A stretch of DNA of 64,000 bases from positions 3,906,001 through 3,970,000 of the forward strand of contig OZ024749.1 in the NCBI GenBank assembly GCA_964016885.1, in the 5' to 3' direction. The notes beneath the pieces were generated by a model. The model searched no databases, was not told the DNA's origin, and worked only from the letters and a program-made list of their open reading frames with translations. The DNA comes from Eledone cirrhosa (Eukaryota). Position numbers and translations under genes: made by a program. Positions 13,729 through 27,229 of the stretch are shown here, piece after piece; within the stretch, counting starts at the first letter, position 1, and each line of letters begins with the position of its first letter.

Positions 13729-16500
13729 TCAGTTCCTATAGAACGATGTTCTTTGATTTACCCTTGGGAAGAAAGGCAAAGATAGTGTCCCGACTCTGGA
13801 GCATGCAACGTATAATTGGCCATGTGAGAAACATGGCTCTTCCTGGTGAAGATGTGCCAACGAAAGTGTCTGGCCCTGGGGCTTATTGACGGACATTGCA
13901 AAGCACACACGAAGCGGATTTTGTGATCGCCTGAAAGTGAAAGGAATGTCCGCCCCTGATGTAGTCAGGTGGAGCCTGGTTATTAGTGCATCCTCTCCCT
14001 TTCCACACCCAGTGATAATTGTGGCCTCTATCAGGCGCGGAGACATCTTTTACAGATGTTGTGGTGGGGTTTGATTCCCCAAAAGCATCACGGGGGTTCC
14101 CTCTTTCAGCTTTAATATGTGAGGAGCTAGTCCTGGAGGATTCAAGGAGTTAAGAAATTCAGTGCGGTAATTCACTGCCTCCTGCGGATCTGGAACAATA
14201 TCAACGGATTTGATGTTCACCAGGAAGGCACTACAGTCACTGGTCGTTGATACCCCTGAGTTTTCCTGTAGATTGGGGAAAACTCTTGCCTTGAGGTTAG
14301 CCACAGTTGTAACAGTAGTGCAAAGGTGATCGATGAGTATGTCGCCATGTGCATCCATATGAATCCTGCTATCGCCCAGTGCAAGGATGTCCTGAGCAAA
14401 TTTTTCTGAAAAAGGTTCGCCGTGCTGCTGTGCCCGTAGACAGCCGCAAAGTTTTTACATGCTGCCAAAGTGAAGAAGACTTTAGGCAGGCGCGTACCTC
14501 ATCGGCTCCCTTTCCTTTGGGTATGACGGGAAGAGTTTGTCTGAAGTCTCCTGACAGTAGCAGAGTAACACCTCCCATGGGATCTTCACAATCCTTGATA
14601 TCTCGTAAGGTCCTATCAACTGCCTCGAGAGCCCTTTCTGTGCTATTCTGCATTCATCCCACACAATGAAGTCGCACCTCCTCAGCAGTTGTCCTCTATT
14701 AGAGTTTTAGCAATGTTGCATGATGGAGTTTCTGAGGAGTCTAAATTGAGGGGAAGTTTAAAACAGGAGTGTGCTGTCCTGCCACCAGGCAGCAATGTTG
14801 CAGCAATACCAGACGATGCTACTGCTAGCGCGATTTTTTTCTGCTGCCTTAATTTAGCGAGCAGTAGTTTAATAACAAACGTTTTTCCAGTCCCTCCGGG
14901 AGCATCCAGGAAGAAGATGCCCCCTTTCCGAAGAAGTACGGCATAGTATCATGGACGTATTTTGCGAGGGCGACAACGTCATATGACGTTTCTCGGATGA
15001 TGTCAGTGGGGAGTTTATTTGGATCCGATCGTAGGGTTTGCGGCAGGCAATATGTCGGTAAAATATCCCCCCCCCCCCCATGCATATTAATCGGTCTTCT
15101 AAACTAATAAGTGCCGTATTGTAGACATCATCGCAAAAGCCTACGTGAACATTTGGAAGCAGTAGCTGGGCCTGGTATCTGAAGTCCTCAGACATGTCGT
15201 TTCTATATTTTAACCACCAATAATCAGGATCAGGCAAATCGCACGCGTGCAGCATAAGTGCGTATAACTTTCTGAGACAGCCAGCTCTATGTGATACAGC
15301 CGCCTCGTCCACATTTCATCCCATTGAGCGCCGTCCTCAAGTAGGCTGTATTTCAAACATGCTTCCGTGTATGTAGTGCATAATTGGCCATCAACAGTTC
15401 TAAGGCTGAGGAAACTTGTAGGCCCTCTCACCTCATGTAAAAGCAGGCGCAGGTAGAAGCACTCGTGCTGGTTGGGATGAACCATATAAACTCTCCCCAG
15501 GCAAGAGTCAAATCAGATGCCGGGGTGTCCATCAACATGCTGGCCTGCCTTTCTCCGTGTCCATGACTTTTTGTTCCAGGTGTAATAATATGATGGCACA
15601 TGTGGATACAGCAGCATTCGAGCGAATGGTCTTGTTGGCAGAGCCTAAAAAAACGCCGTGAGTGCTGTTTCCTTCGGCTCATCTGCAAGTTGAAAATCAT
15701 TGTTGTTGTTAAAATAAACACGTTGGCCATTCTCGAGGTGAACCGCAAGCTTTTCAATGAACTTTCTGGGGTATCTTTTGGTGCACCCATTGTCCTTCAT
15801 ACATGGGGAGGACAAATTGAAGCCACGCCCACACGGACCATGCACCATGTGTGTCATAACCTGAACGTAGAGTTCCCTATCAGTTGATTGGTCGGGAAAC
15901 TCTGCCGATATAATGCTGTCGATGTCATTAGATGTAATCTTTGTCGTTGACCAAATCAAAATGTGTGCATGTGGCAGACCTTTTTTTTGCCATTCAATTG
16001 TATACATGTCACACTGTGTATGTTCAAATACATGGCCTGTTTTAATAAGGTACATGAGTTTAATTACTCGAAGCCTAAATACTCTTCTTGTGAGACCATG
16101 CCTGTCTTTGGCCTTTTGACCAGGAAAAAGTTCATTCTCGATCTCCGGCCACTTGGGGTTGCAAGTAAAATTAATAAATAAATCCGGCCTGCCATAATGC
16201 CGTACATATGTCATGGCGTCCTGCCTTCTTTCATGCATATATGTGGGGCTCCCGGTGAAAGATGAGGGCAGTATGCACACTTGACCTAGGCTTCCCGGAT
16301 CTGCATCACCGTTGGTTCCATCACGGAGGTGGATGTAACTCACAACGAAGCTGATTTTGATTCAGTCTGATGAAACACAACCTTTCCGACTTCATTTTTG
16401 CACACATGTCAACAGCGAATTGGTTGAAGAGATCTTGTGAACAGGTGAAGGTGATTGAGGGAGGATTCTCGGATCATGAGGCGGAATGTGTAGAAGTCCA
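13729..16500 (-). mobile_element. Helitron RepHel pseudogene fragment (HUH Rep + Pif1 helicase), frameshifted
   Basis: Rep motifs HYGRPDLFINFTCNPKWPEI and YTIEWQKKGLPHAHILIW. Helicase motifs WDEC, GGVTLLLSGDFRQTLPVI, FAMSVNKPQGQTL and CFSHGQLYVACSRV. Split across many short ORFs. Confidence 0.95.
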
Positions 16501-16527
16501 TGGACGGGTGCTCAGCCTGATTGTTAG

Positions 16528-16656
16528 TATTTACGATCTGAGTTCAAATCCCGCCGAGGTTGACTTTGCCTTTCATCCTTACGGGGTCGATAAAATAAAG
16601 TACCAGTAATTCACTGGGTAATTGCTGGCCTTGTGCCTAAAGTAGAAACAATTATT
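16528..16656 (+). mobile_element. tRNA-derived SINE, 5'-truncated
   Basis: B-box GAGTTCAAATCCC, core GCCTTTCATCCTTACGGGGTCGATAAAATAAAGTACCAG, tail GAAACAATTATT. Matches other copies in the window. Confidence 0.9.
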
Positions 16657-17640
16657 GATTAGTAATAGTGTGTACCCTCTTTCGAGTAGAATTTCCTTTA
16701 ATTCTTGAAGTCTTTTATTTCGGGTTTCATAATTGGAGACAGTTGTGCAAATTCTTCTTGGTAGGTTAAAAGAAATATTCGTCTTCGTGTGCTTTGGATG
16801 GTTTGAGGTGAATACCAGGTATTGTTTGGAATCTGTTGGTTTGTAGTGTATGTCAGTTTCAATATTTGTGTCCTTTTTTAAGATTAAGATATACAGAAAT
16901 GGAAGTTGATCTTGGCTGTATTCCATTGTGAATTGGATGTGGTTATTGATGCCGTTTATTAAGTTTTTGAACTCATTCAGCTGGTCTAGTGTGTGGGACC
17001 AAAGAATGAGACAATCATCCAAGTAGCGTTTCCAATTCTCTGATAAATATTTGTGGAAGTTCAATCCGTATTTTGATTGGACTGTTCATATATCTGGACT
17101 TCTAAGTATGCCATGACTAAGTTGGCATAAGTTGGAGCGGCTTTTGTACCCATCGCAGTCGGCGATATTTGCTTGTAAGTACTGCCATCGAAATAAAAAA
17201 AAGTTGTTCTGTGAGATGAATTTTAATCCTTCGGTGATGAAGCTTTTTTCTATTCTGTCTGGTATCTCATTGGGATATTTCTCTAGCCAGAATCCTATTG
17301 TTTCTAGTCCGTATTGGTGTGGGATCGTTGTATAGATATTCACTACATCGAAAGACACAATAATAGTGTCGTTGTTGACATGTTTGGGGAGGTGGCTTAA
17401 GAGTCCAGATCGTCTCTTACAAGGTTTGGTATGTGTTTGAGAATTGGTTTTAGTACATTGTCTATAAAGTTGCTCAGTCTGTGTGTTTCACGTTGTGGGC
17501 CCGCTACAATTGGTCTTAATTTAAGGTCTGTGGGGTATTGTGTGTTCACGCAGGCTGAGGTGGATTGTTTACAGGCATCGTTGATTATTTTACACTTGTG
17601 GATCTTCGGAAGTCACTAAAGGTTGCTGGTTTTGTATACA
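16657..17640 (-). mobile_element. Penelope-like element reverse transcriptase fragment (pseudogene)
   Basis: RPIVAGP, SFDVVNIYTTIPH, WKRYLDDC, IQFTMEYSQDQLPFL, IHYKPTDSKQYL..SNHPKHTK: PLE RT core and thumb motifs, frameshifted. Confidence 0.92.
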
Positions 17641-17829
17641 AAATGTGTTAAATAAACCTTAACAGCCGTTTGCACACACAATACAATAGAACAGATACGA
17701 ATAAGTAAGGAAAATATGTTCATTCAAAAATATTCCTACTAAATGAATGATTTTCCTACACACACACACACACAGACACAGACACACACACACACACAAT
17801 ATACATATATATTCTCCTCATCTTAACAT

Positions 17830-19065
17830 GCTAACCATACTCCCACACACATAACACCCATACACACACATAACAACCCCCACACCCAGACACACAAAAC
17901 CCCTCTCCCATTTCTACTAATAGAATCACTTTCCTACACACACAAAATATATATTCTCTCCATCTTAACATACTCCCACACACACACACACACACACAGC
18001 TCCCTCCCCCTTTTCTACTAATAGAATCATCTTCCAATACACACACGCACACACACACATACACACAAGCACACAAATAAACATACTTATCTTTACTTTC
18101 TTTATTCAATAGAAAATCTGAATTCTGACACCCCAGCGAACTAACCATATTCACTGAACCAGAACAATTCTCCCATCCCATTTCTCTTGACCATTATCTT
18201 TTGCTTGTCATAAAATTCTCTAAATAGGCTACAGACTATATTTCCAAATAAGGGCGCGAACATTTAATGGAAACTTGTTCACGTGACAGCAATAATTTCA
18301 TTTATAACCAATCAAATTACGTTTATAAAAAAAAAGCCTTCGTGAGCCCCCGTTTTTAAGTAAAAGGACATTCAAACACACACACACAACACACACGCAC
18401 ACACACACACACACAAGCACACAAATAAACATACTTATCTTTACTTTCTTTATTCAATAGAAAATCTGAATTTTGACACCCCAGCGAACTAACCATATTC
18501 ACTGAACCAGAACAATTCTCCCATCCTATTTCTCTTGACCATTATCTTTTGCTTGTCATAACATTCTCTAAATAGGCTACAGAATAGATTTCCAAATGAG
18601 GGCACGAAAATTTAATGAAAACTTGTTCACGTGACAGCCATAATTTAATTTATAACCAATCATATTGCGTTTATTAAAAAAAAGCCTTCGTGAGCCCCTT
18701 TTTTAAGTAAAAAGAAATTCAAACACCCACACACAACACACACACACACAACCTCACAAATAAACATACATATCTTTACTTCTTTATTCAATAGAAAATC
18801 TGAATTCTGACACCCCAGCGAACTAACCATATTCACTGAACCAGAACAATTATCCCATCCCATTTCTCTTGACCATTATCTTTTACTTATCATAAACATC
18901 TCTAAAAAGGCTACAGAATGGATTTCCAAATAAGGGCGCGAAAATTTAATGAAAACTTGTTCACGTGACGGCCATAATTTCATTTATAACCAATCAAATT
19001 ACGTTTATTAAAAAAAAGACTTTGTGAGCCCCTTTTTTTAAATAAAAAGAAATTCAAACACTCAT
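17830..19065 (+). repeat. About 340-350-bp tandem repeat (3 units plus partials) in a PLE-like 3' region
   Basis: ACAAATAAACATAC..CTTTACTTTCTTTATTCAATAGAAAATCTGAATT recurs near 18072, 18421 and 18756. Confidence 0.92.
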
Positions 19066-19275
19066 ATATGAAAAATACAACCTGTGACCCCCCCTTCCCC
19101 CCTTGTTTGAAGAACTTTGTAACGCGAACTGGCGCGAAATTTATTATAATTATTGACCAACCAATCAAATTGCTTCTCGAAAAACCTGGCATTTCGAGCC
19201 ACTTTTTCCATATAAAACAAGTAACATTCAGAGACCAACCAGATGTGAGAAAAACCACAGACCCTCCATCTCAAC

Positions 19276-19317
19276 TCTACTTTTGAAAAGCAGAAGAACT
19301 GCGAAACCGGTAAAAGA
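19276..19317 (+). ncRNA. Minimal type I hammerhead ribozyme, U3:A8 variant (TTGAAAA)
   Basis: TCTacTT-TTGAAAA-GCAG aagaa CTGC-GAAAC-CG-GTA^AAAGA. It closes the PLE 3' region just before AT-rich/(TA)n sequence. Confidence 0.7.
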
Positions 19318-19531
19318 ACCAAATAAATATATATATTATTTTTTTAAATAAGACTCCAGTTGCATTTTCGATTTCATCTTTTTTTCTTTATATATATATA
19401 GATATATATGTATATATAATGTATTTTGCAATACACTTTATGCTTAATTAAAAGCATTTTGAAGACCGTAAGCTATTGTTTTAAAGTAGTGACAAATTCA
19501 CTCACTTTGATCTCAGCAAACAGGGGTGATA

Positions 19532-19575
19532 AGCCGACATGACATGTTTCGCTTTGGTTGAAGCTTATCAAGGCC
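19532..19575 (-). ncRNA. Type I hammerhead ribozyme, U3:A8 variant core
   Basis: Minus strand: GGCC-TTGATAA-GCTT caacca AAGC-GAAAC-ATgtcAT-GTC^GGCT. Paralog of 12570-12614. Confidence 0.85.
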
Positions 19576-19669
19576 AACTACCCCACCTGTCTACTGAGAT
19601 CAACCGCTCTGCATAATCAGCTCCTGATTATTTACTAGATTTCTATAAGAATATAACATCATTGATCTC

Positions 19670-20016
19670 AAATAAAAATAACAACACAAGAGAGAGTTAC
19701 CTTGGGAGAGATGTAATGGTCCCTATATATTTCGGATTCACATCCATCAACTGGGGTTTTTTTCCGGGGTGGGGGAAAAGTTTGTCTGTCGGACAAGTGC
19801 GGAACGCGTGCTTCGCTGTTTGTTGTTTTGAATATCGTGAATATTGTTTTGATATTCAAAACAACAAACAGCGAAGGACGCGTTCCGCATTTGTCCGACA
19901 GACAACCTTTTCCCCCGCCCCGGAAAAAACCCCAGTTGATGGATGTGAATCCGAAATATATAGGGACTATTAAATCTCTCCCAAGGTAACTCTCTCTTGT
20001 GTTGTTATTTTTATTT
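19670..20016. repeat. Fold-back palindrome (~166-bp arms, 14-nt loop) with a degenerate HHR in each arm (19930-19965 +, 19721-19756 -)
   Basis: Arms are reverse complements with a few mismatches. Motif CCC-cagttga-tGGATgtgaATCC-GAAA-TATA-TA-GGG. Confidence 0.9.
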
Positions 20017-20170
20017 TATCCTTTATACTCTTCCCTTCATTCTACACATCTTATACACACCACGCATCTCAACGTACACCCACTTACATCTCTCTCTCCA
20101 CCACCGGACGTTGTTACACGGAGATTTACCCATTTGCATTGTCGAGGCTTCCAAACGACTTAAAGATATT

Positions 20171-20213
<43 letters not shown>

Positions 20214-20257
20214 ATATACATATAATATGTGTGTGTGTGTGTGTGTATATATATGTA

Positions 20258-20392
<135 letters not shown>

Positions 20393-21832
20393 GTTGTTAT
20401 GGACGCTTTTAATAAAATATTTTCTTTTAAAATATACACCCGCAACTATTTCTAGACGTAATATCCTACTTTTGCTAGTTGAATTGTGTGTCTCTCTTTT
20501 AAGTGGCAAACCTATCTGCAATAATAATTTAAGCTGCAAATACCTCAATGTTTACCAATTCTAAAAGACACATTTTTTTCCGGCTTTCGGACGTATTTCT
20601 CTCTGAGGTTTTCAATTGATTTGAGGATGTGCCCTTGTTGAAATTATTATCTATATAATATAACGAGTTTATCTTAATTGAATTATTTGTTTTTATAATA
20701 CAATGATTTAATGTCTTGCGAAACTGGTGAGATCGACATCACCCAAGATAATGTCGAATCGTCATCAAATTGACGTCTATATGAAAATATGTCTGGAGAG
20801 GAATGTTATACAGTTCATGACTCAGAATGTTAGCATCTGAGAAACTTCAATTAATGTATATAACAATATGGTGATGTTGTTGTCATTTAGTAACAGGCCA
20901 GTTTTTTGGAGAGAGGAATTAATCATGTAGAACGATAGATAATGGGTTACATTTTATGGTAGTATACTGCGATTCGAGGATGAATATGGTGAATCAAACA
21001 TCATAGAGGGTCGCAGACAAGCCACTTTTCCAGAGAACTGGGAAGGGATTTCATATCGACAAGACATGATTTTTCTAAACCCTCTTAACAATGACATTTG
21101 ATATTTACAAAACATTTTATTATTCCTGAATTATTTTATAAACGCGGGCAAGTCAAAGGGTGGGCATGCACGTCAGAATTGTTCGAAAAACTAGAATAAT
21201 AGATTTATAATTGGTATATTTATATAAAATCTGCATGAAAATAATATAAGAAACAATAACAAAGTATGTATACAAAGTAAAATACATTAGCATACTTCAA
21301 AGCATTTCAATAATATTTTCCAATCTATTATGTTTTCTGTTTGATATCCCAACAATAGGGAACACACCCTTTGTTACATCAATAGCAAGATTATGCAGTT
21401 TACATAATTATGAGTATTTGCTAAAAAGACGTCAATTTCTCGCTCAAATCAGAGAAAGAATAAAATAAAAGCATTTCTTTAAAAAGTGTTCGCAAATGAT
21501 AACACCCATAATTTTAATATTCTATGTAAGCGAATTGATACACGTTTATCTATTTTAGTTATAAAGCGGTTATATAAATTTAGCCTTGTTAATTATGCAT
21601 TATGAGCAAAGTTTCGTTCATTTTTCTCCTTCCCATAGAACATTAGAAATGTGACTTTCATTAACGCGTGATATCAATTCAATGGTTATTTTATATTAAG
21701 GATAATTGGGAATGTATTGAAGAGATATCGCCATTTTGTTTCATAGGGATATTATGAGTATATTACAGCATATACGTATCCATGATTATACACACTCACA
21801 CACACACTACACATACACACACACACGTATAG

Positions 21833-21923
<91 letters not shown>

Positions 21924-22006
21924 TACATACATATATATACACAAGTATATGTACATATATATGCACAAGTATATGTATATATATACACGCACACAACTTG
22001 GATAAG

Positions 22007-22042
<36 letters not shown>

Positions 22043-22128
22043 TAACTATATATATATATATATATATATATAACTATATATATATATATATATATAACTA
22101 TATATATATATATATATAACTATATATA

Positions 22129-22240
<112 letters not shown>

Positions 22241-23189
22241 AAATAATTAATTTTATTCACGCATGCATGTGTGTCTGCATATAATGCGGTGAATCCTCAC
22301 AAACGCGTTGGATACAATGCTTTGAGTATAGTTCAGATTACACACTTGGTAAATATTCCTTTCATCATAATGAGTTATATATATATAAAGGATCAACACA
22401 GTACTGTGATCAATATCTCTCTCATTCACTATATATTTTCCCTCTCACTCTCCCTTTCTCTCTCTCTCCTTCCTTCTATACCCCCCCCCCTCTCTATATC
22501 AATCTCTCCCTAAACGCGAACAATATCAGGCGCATTCTTTGAAAAATTAATATGCCTCTAAAACCAACAAGGTAAGACTCAAGCTTCAGTAGAGAATATC
22601 ACGAAATAAAATATCCTACAAATATGTGAGGACCAGTCAAAAAGAAAAATACACAGGAGAAACTCTTCGTCACGAAATATATTCAGGACGTTGAAAGAAG
22701 AAATATGCAGATTTGAATTCCATATGAACAAAATAAAAAAAAGGAAGAATCAGTGTGATTCCATCTCACCCATAAATAATAGAGCAGGAAATGATAATTA
22801 TGAATATAATCTAATTCCTGGATGAAGCCACGAGAGAAATATATGATAAGGCAACATATTAAATGGACGTATGATGTATATATTGCAGTACAGCTAACAT
22901 AACGTAGAAGTGAAATTGGATGTGGACAAAAAACAACGAATATGAATTCAATTCAAATGACTAATAATGTTTGAAAGGTAATATTCTCATGCAGGACAGT
23001 AGGTTCGTTTACTTAGGTATTGTTAAAGAGAAGAGAATATCCTATTTAATACAAGGTACTATATTACAGAGTCCAACTGGTGTCCTCTGTTCTCTTTCTG
23101 AGTAAATATTTCCTTGTTCATTTACAATGACACTGTTTGAAGAAGTTGGTCCTCAGTAATAAGTAAACATACGTACACACATACACGCG

Positions 23190-23248
<59 letters not shown>

Positions 23249-23254
23249 ACACAT

Positions 23255-23329
<75 letters not shown>

Positions 23330-23331
<2 letters not shown>

Positions 23332-23445
23332 GAATAAAGGGAAACCCAACGGCTGAGCTAATGAGTTTCAACAGCTAGTTGCAATTTAGATCTAGTTGAT
23401 GAAACGGCAACAGCTCAGCTGTCGGCTTCCCGACCTTTTATAAAA
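23330..23445. repeat. Short imperfect palindrome built from the 3' half of an HHR
   Basis: GAAACGGCaacagctcaGCTGTC^GGCTTCCC and its inverted copy, between (TA)n tracts. Resembles the 47826-47939 palindrome. Confidence 0.6.
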
Positions 23446-23532
23446 TATATATATATGTGTGTGTGTGAGTCTGTGTATTATGTGTGTATGTATGTATGTA
23501 TGTATGTATGTATGTATGTATATATATATATG

Positions 23533-23945
23533 CAATAAGTCCCCACTTTACAGCATCTTAATTGCGAATTTTCCAAGATAAAAACAGCGTAACGAAGTAA
23601 ACATTTGTCTGAGTTTGAAATTGATATTTGTGTTGGCTCTCTCTGGTCCTGGGTTCCTTCTGTTGCAGAATAAAAACAATGGGGAAATCGTAACTAGGCT
23701 ATGGATAACTTTCTCCTTTCACAGAAAAAGTACTTTTATTTCTTTATCAATTTATTGCCATTAGCTTTACAGTATTTATATTCAATATTACAGATTATAC
23801 ACACCTCAATATAATGTTTATACATATTGCTCATTTGGAAACCAGCAGTATGAATGTAATATATATAAGGCCTTACTGGTACGAACAAATCAATTAACGA
23901 ACGGCCCTTTGGAGAGTAACTCGTTCGTAAGTTGTGGGCTTACTG
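23533..23945. mobile_element. Putative pogo/Tigger-type MITE
   Basis: Imperfect terminal inverted repeats CAATAAGTCCCCACTTTAC / GTAAGTTGTGGGCTTACTG, flanked by TA-rich sequence. Confidence 0.45.
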
Positions 23946-24023
<78 letters not shown>

Positions 24024-24169
24024 ATAACACACGAGATAGAATGTGCGTTTATCAACGTACAGGGGAAACTACCAGTGTATGGAATCTATAAACTAAGAAA
24101 GGTGAGGTAGAGCATAGTAATTAAAAATATAAATCAGAATGAATTTACCCACTTTTATAACTATATATC

Positions 24170-24250
24170 ACACACGTAGAAACTCAAAGAGATTTGTTTC
24201 GCCGAAAGATAAGTTTATGGAAAGAAATACCCAGGTTCATCAGCGTGTGT
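24170..24250 (-). ncRNA. Type I hammerhead-like motif with irregular stem III
   Basis: Minus strand: ACACACG-CTGATGA-acc...ggc-GAAAC-aaatctctttgagtttc-TA^CGTGTGT, with a 7-bp stem I. Confidence 0.6.
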
Positions 24251-24459
24251 CAAGTGAATACATTCCAGAGAACTCTAAGAGAACTTAAGATAACTGCCTT
24301 GCAACACGTGGTAGAGAGAAGGAAATGTGTGCATGAGAATGTAAACCAGTGGCCTGGGTGGGACTAACCGCAAGAAATCGAAGCCCAAAACCACACACAT
24401 AAGTGTGCTCTACAAAGCAGAGAGCAGAAAGAGATAGAAGACTGTTATTAGGAGCTATA

Positions 24460-24502
<43 letters not shown>

Positions 24503-24560
24503 AATGATAGTCAGCAGATCACTGATGATGGATAGTCCGCTTTCTCGGTCTATTTTCATT

Positions 24561-24624
<64 letters not shown>

Positions 24625-24632
<8 letters not shown>

Positions 24633-25023
24633 TAAGAGGAATTCCAACTTTGTCTGATTTACTCGTTTTATTTACAATCCTTTAAAATATATATAATATG
24701 GTATTATAATGAAATAGTATGATAGAATATTAAATTCTAAGTGTTAATTGAACAAGTACTTTCATGCTTTCGCAATCTTCAGGTCCATGATATGTGGTGA
24801 CAGTCGAGTTTGCAATTTTCCACAGTTGAAAATTGCAAACTCGACTGTCACCACATATCATGGACCTGAAGATTGCGAAAGCATGAAAGTATTTGTTCAA
24901 TTAACACTTAGAATTTAATATTCTATCATACTATTTCATTATAATACCATATTATATATATTTTAAAGGATTGTAAATAAAACGAGTAAATCAGACAAAG
25001 TTGGAATTCCTCTTATTAATATA
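24625..25023. repeat. Near-perfect fold-back palindrome (~196-bp arms, 7-nt loop CACAGTT)
   Basis: 24625-24820 is the reverse complement of 24828-25023. One mismatch seen (GTACTT vs GTATTT). Confidence 0.97.
24861..24899 (+). ncRNA. Minimal type I hammerhead ribozyme (mirror copy on the - strand at 24749-24787)
   Basis: TGGAC-CTGAAGA-tTGCgaaaGCAt-GAAA-GTA(C/T)-TT^GTTCA. Confidence 0.85.
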
Positions 25024-25071
25024 ATCTTCTATACACAATCATACACACCCGTGTATATTTACCTATCTATA

Positions 25072-25124
<53 letters not shown>

Positions 25125-25330
25125 GTAGGAGGTGAGTTTTATTGTAGTACAATAAAGCAATGCAGATATGTTGATTTAAAACAGCACTATCCACAAGTGT
25201 TTTTAACCTTCATATCATGTCCTCCTATATTATCTAATGAAAACACAAATGTTATTGCATGATGATATTTGTTTTTGAAATGCGCATAATAAAATACATG
25301 GAACTCATTTAACCATCTTTTGATCTTATA
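25125..25330 (+). mobile_element. Diverged copy of the 47987-48396 HHR element, with an inverted tail piece and a mutated core (CTAATGA, 25228-25294)
   Basis: Sequence matches 48143-48310. Its 5' part is the reverse complement of 48350-48396. Flanked by (TA)n. Confidence 0.85.
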
Positions 25331-25333
25331 TAT

Positions 25334-25409
<76 letters not shown>

Positions 25410-25571
25410 TATACATATATATAAATATATATATCAGGTTACATCCACTTTAAGACATGTGGAGTAAAGTGTGTCTATATTATATATAAATATATATATA
25501 TATATATTTGTGGGTGTATACGTGTGTGTATGTATGTATATCTATCTGCATATACAAATAGGAAACAAACA

Positions 25572-25765
25572 TAATAATAATTATTTCTAGTTTTGACGCA
25601 AGGCCAGCAATTATCCAGTACATTACAGGTACTTTATTTTATCGACCCCGTAAAGAAGAAAGGCAAAGTTAACCTCGGTCGGATTTGAACTCAGCCGGTA
25701 AAGGGACGTAACTCTGTGCTTTGAAGCATAGTGTCCGATCCTCTACTGATACTGCCAATCCATAA
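25572..25765 (-). mobile_element. tRNA-derived SINE
   Basis: Reverse complement of the SINE consensus with A-box (TGGCAGTATCAG) and B-box. Confidence 0.9.
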
Positions 25766-26319
25766 TAATAATAGAAACACTCAGAAAACTCAGAGAAATC
25801 TAATCGATGAAATACGAAATTAAGACGACAAACACGAAAATAAGATCACCAGTGAATGCTAAACATCAATGTAGAACCTATTATATTTTTGTATTCGTGT
25901 CTGATAATAGTATTTAGGAATACCATTTTCTAATGGTCCAGAATGAATGAGAATAATTAAATGAAAACATCATACATTGGTTAAGAAGAGTCGGAAGCAT
26001 AATCAAAGATCGATAAACGCTCTAATAATATCAAATAGGTGAGCAAACCCAAGCTATGCGATCTTTATTAAAACATATTCATTGATGTAAAAATTGTCAC
26101 CATATTTGTTCAAAATAACTGACACTTCCTCAAACGTTGTCAAGCGCAATAATGGCATCCTAAACACAGTTGAGAATGGTAAAAACTAATAAGCCTAATG
26201 TTAAGGATAATCTGAGGTGGGGATAATATTCTAAGCGAGGTAAATATAAGGAGACAAAACATGACATAAAACATAGAATGTTCTTGCTTTAAAATAGAAA
26301 CAACCATCGAGTAATAATC

Positions 26320-26430
26320 ATAATAATAATTGTTTCTACGTTTGGCACACGGCCAGCAATTATCCCAGTGTATTACTAGTACTTTATTTTATCGACCCCG
26401 TAAGGATGAAAGGTAAAGTTAACATCTTTG
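26320..26430 (-). mobile_element. SINE 3' fragment
   Basis: Core and tail match the other copies. Confidence 0.85.
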
Positions 26431-27103
26431 GCTTAAGCAATTAATAATTATAGAAAGAAGGTTATTGATTACAACCTGTGTAGGATATGCTCCCAAGAAC
26501 TATTTGAAATCATGAAATCTAATGATATCCTATTAAATAAGCGACAGGAATTAATTATATCATGCAATCATAGAATTAGAAAAAGCTTCAAATATTATAA
26601 ATTTAATTAATATATACCTCACTCTTATGTTTTACAAATTATTATAATTATTTCAAAAACATGTTAAATTTAGTTAACCTATAATTAAATACTTACTACA
26701 AAGAACTTCATAACTTTATTTCCCTCTTGCAGCTCACTTTACCTAAAGCTATCTTTAACCTCACTACTTCTTTTAACCGCATCCCCTATCTATCACATTT
26801 AATACCTAGGAGAGTAAATATAATTAATATCTTTAATATTATGGGTGTTTAAATAGATACACTACTTTTTATAAAATGTTATCTATTTCAGTCTTTCTAT
26901 ATATATATATATATATAATTAATACAATAACAGAGATAGTTTAAAGCTAAACTCTGACTGGTAACCATCTCACTCAACAAACATTAGGTTATATTAAAAT
27001 ATAAACCCAATTTAAGTGTTTGGGGTGCTAACAATATGTATAATGTGGAAAAACCAGTTGTATTATTTTATGAGATATAATTAAAGTTAAAGTATATCTC
27101 TCT

Positions 27104-27229
27104 TTCCAAACAATTGTTTCATTATAAGTTTTCTACAAGTTTGGGAGAATGTTTCCAGTTTATGTAGAAGCCTAATATATATTCATGTAAGAATATATTT
27201 AGGTGGGTACTTATAAATCATCAGTGGAA
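27104..27229 (-). ncRNA. Type I hammerhead ribozyme with 97-nt branched stem II
   Basis: Minus strand: TTCCA-CTGATGA-tTTATAAGT...ACTTATAAt-GAAAC-AATT-GTT^TGGAA. Confidence 0.88.

Noticed and set aside
16538-16553. tRNA genes suggested by GTTCAAATCCC B-boxes
   Set aside because: They belong to SINE heads followed by the shared core and tail. No complete cloverleaf was found.
23351-23420. Complete HHR with a CTAATGA core
   Set aside because: The apparent stem I is explained by the palindrome arms, and CTAATGA lies in the inverted stem III copy.
24517-24560. CTGATGA-tGGAtagTCC-g half motif
   Set aside because: There is no GAAA/UH or stem I partner, so it is truncated at best. The GAAA-TGCGCA-TC half motif at ~11750-11766 (-) was rejected for the opposite reason.
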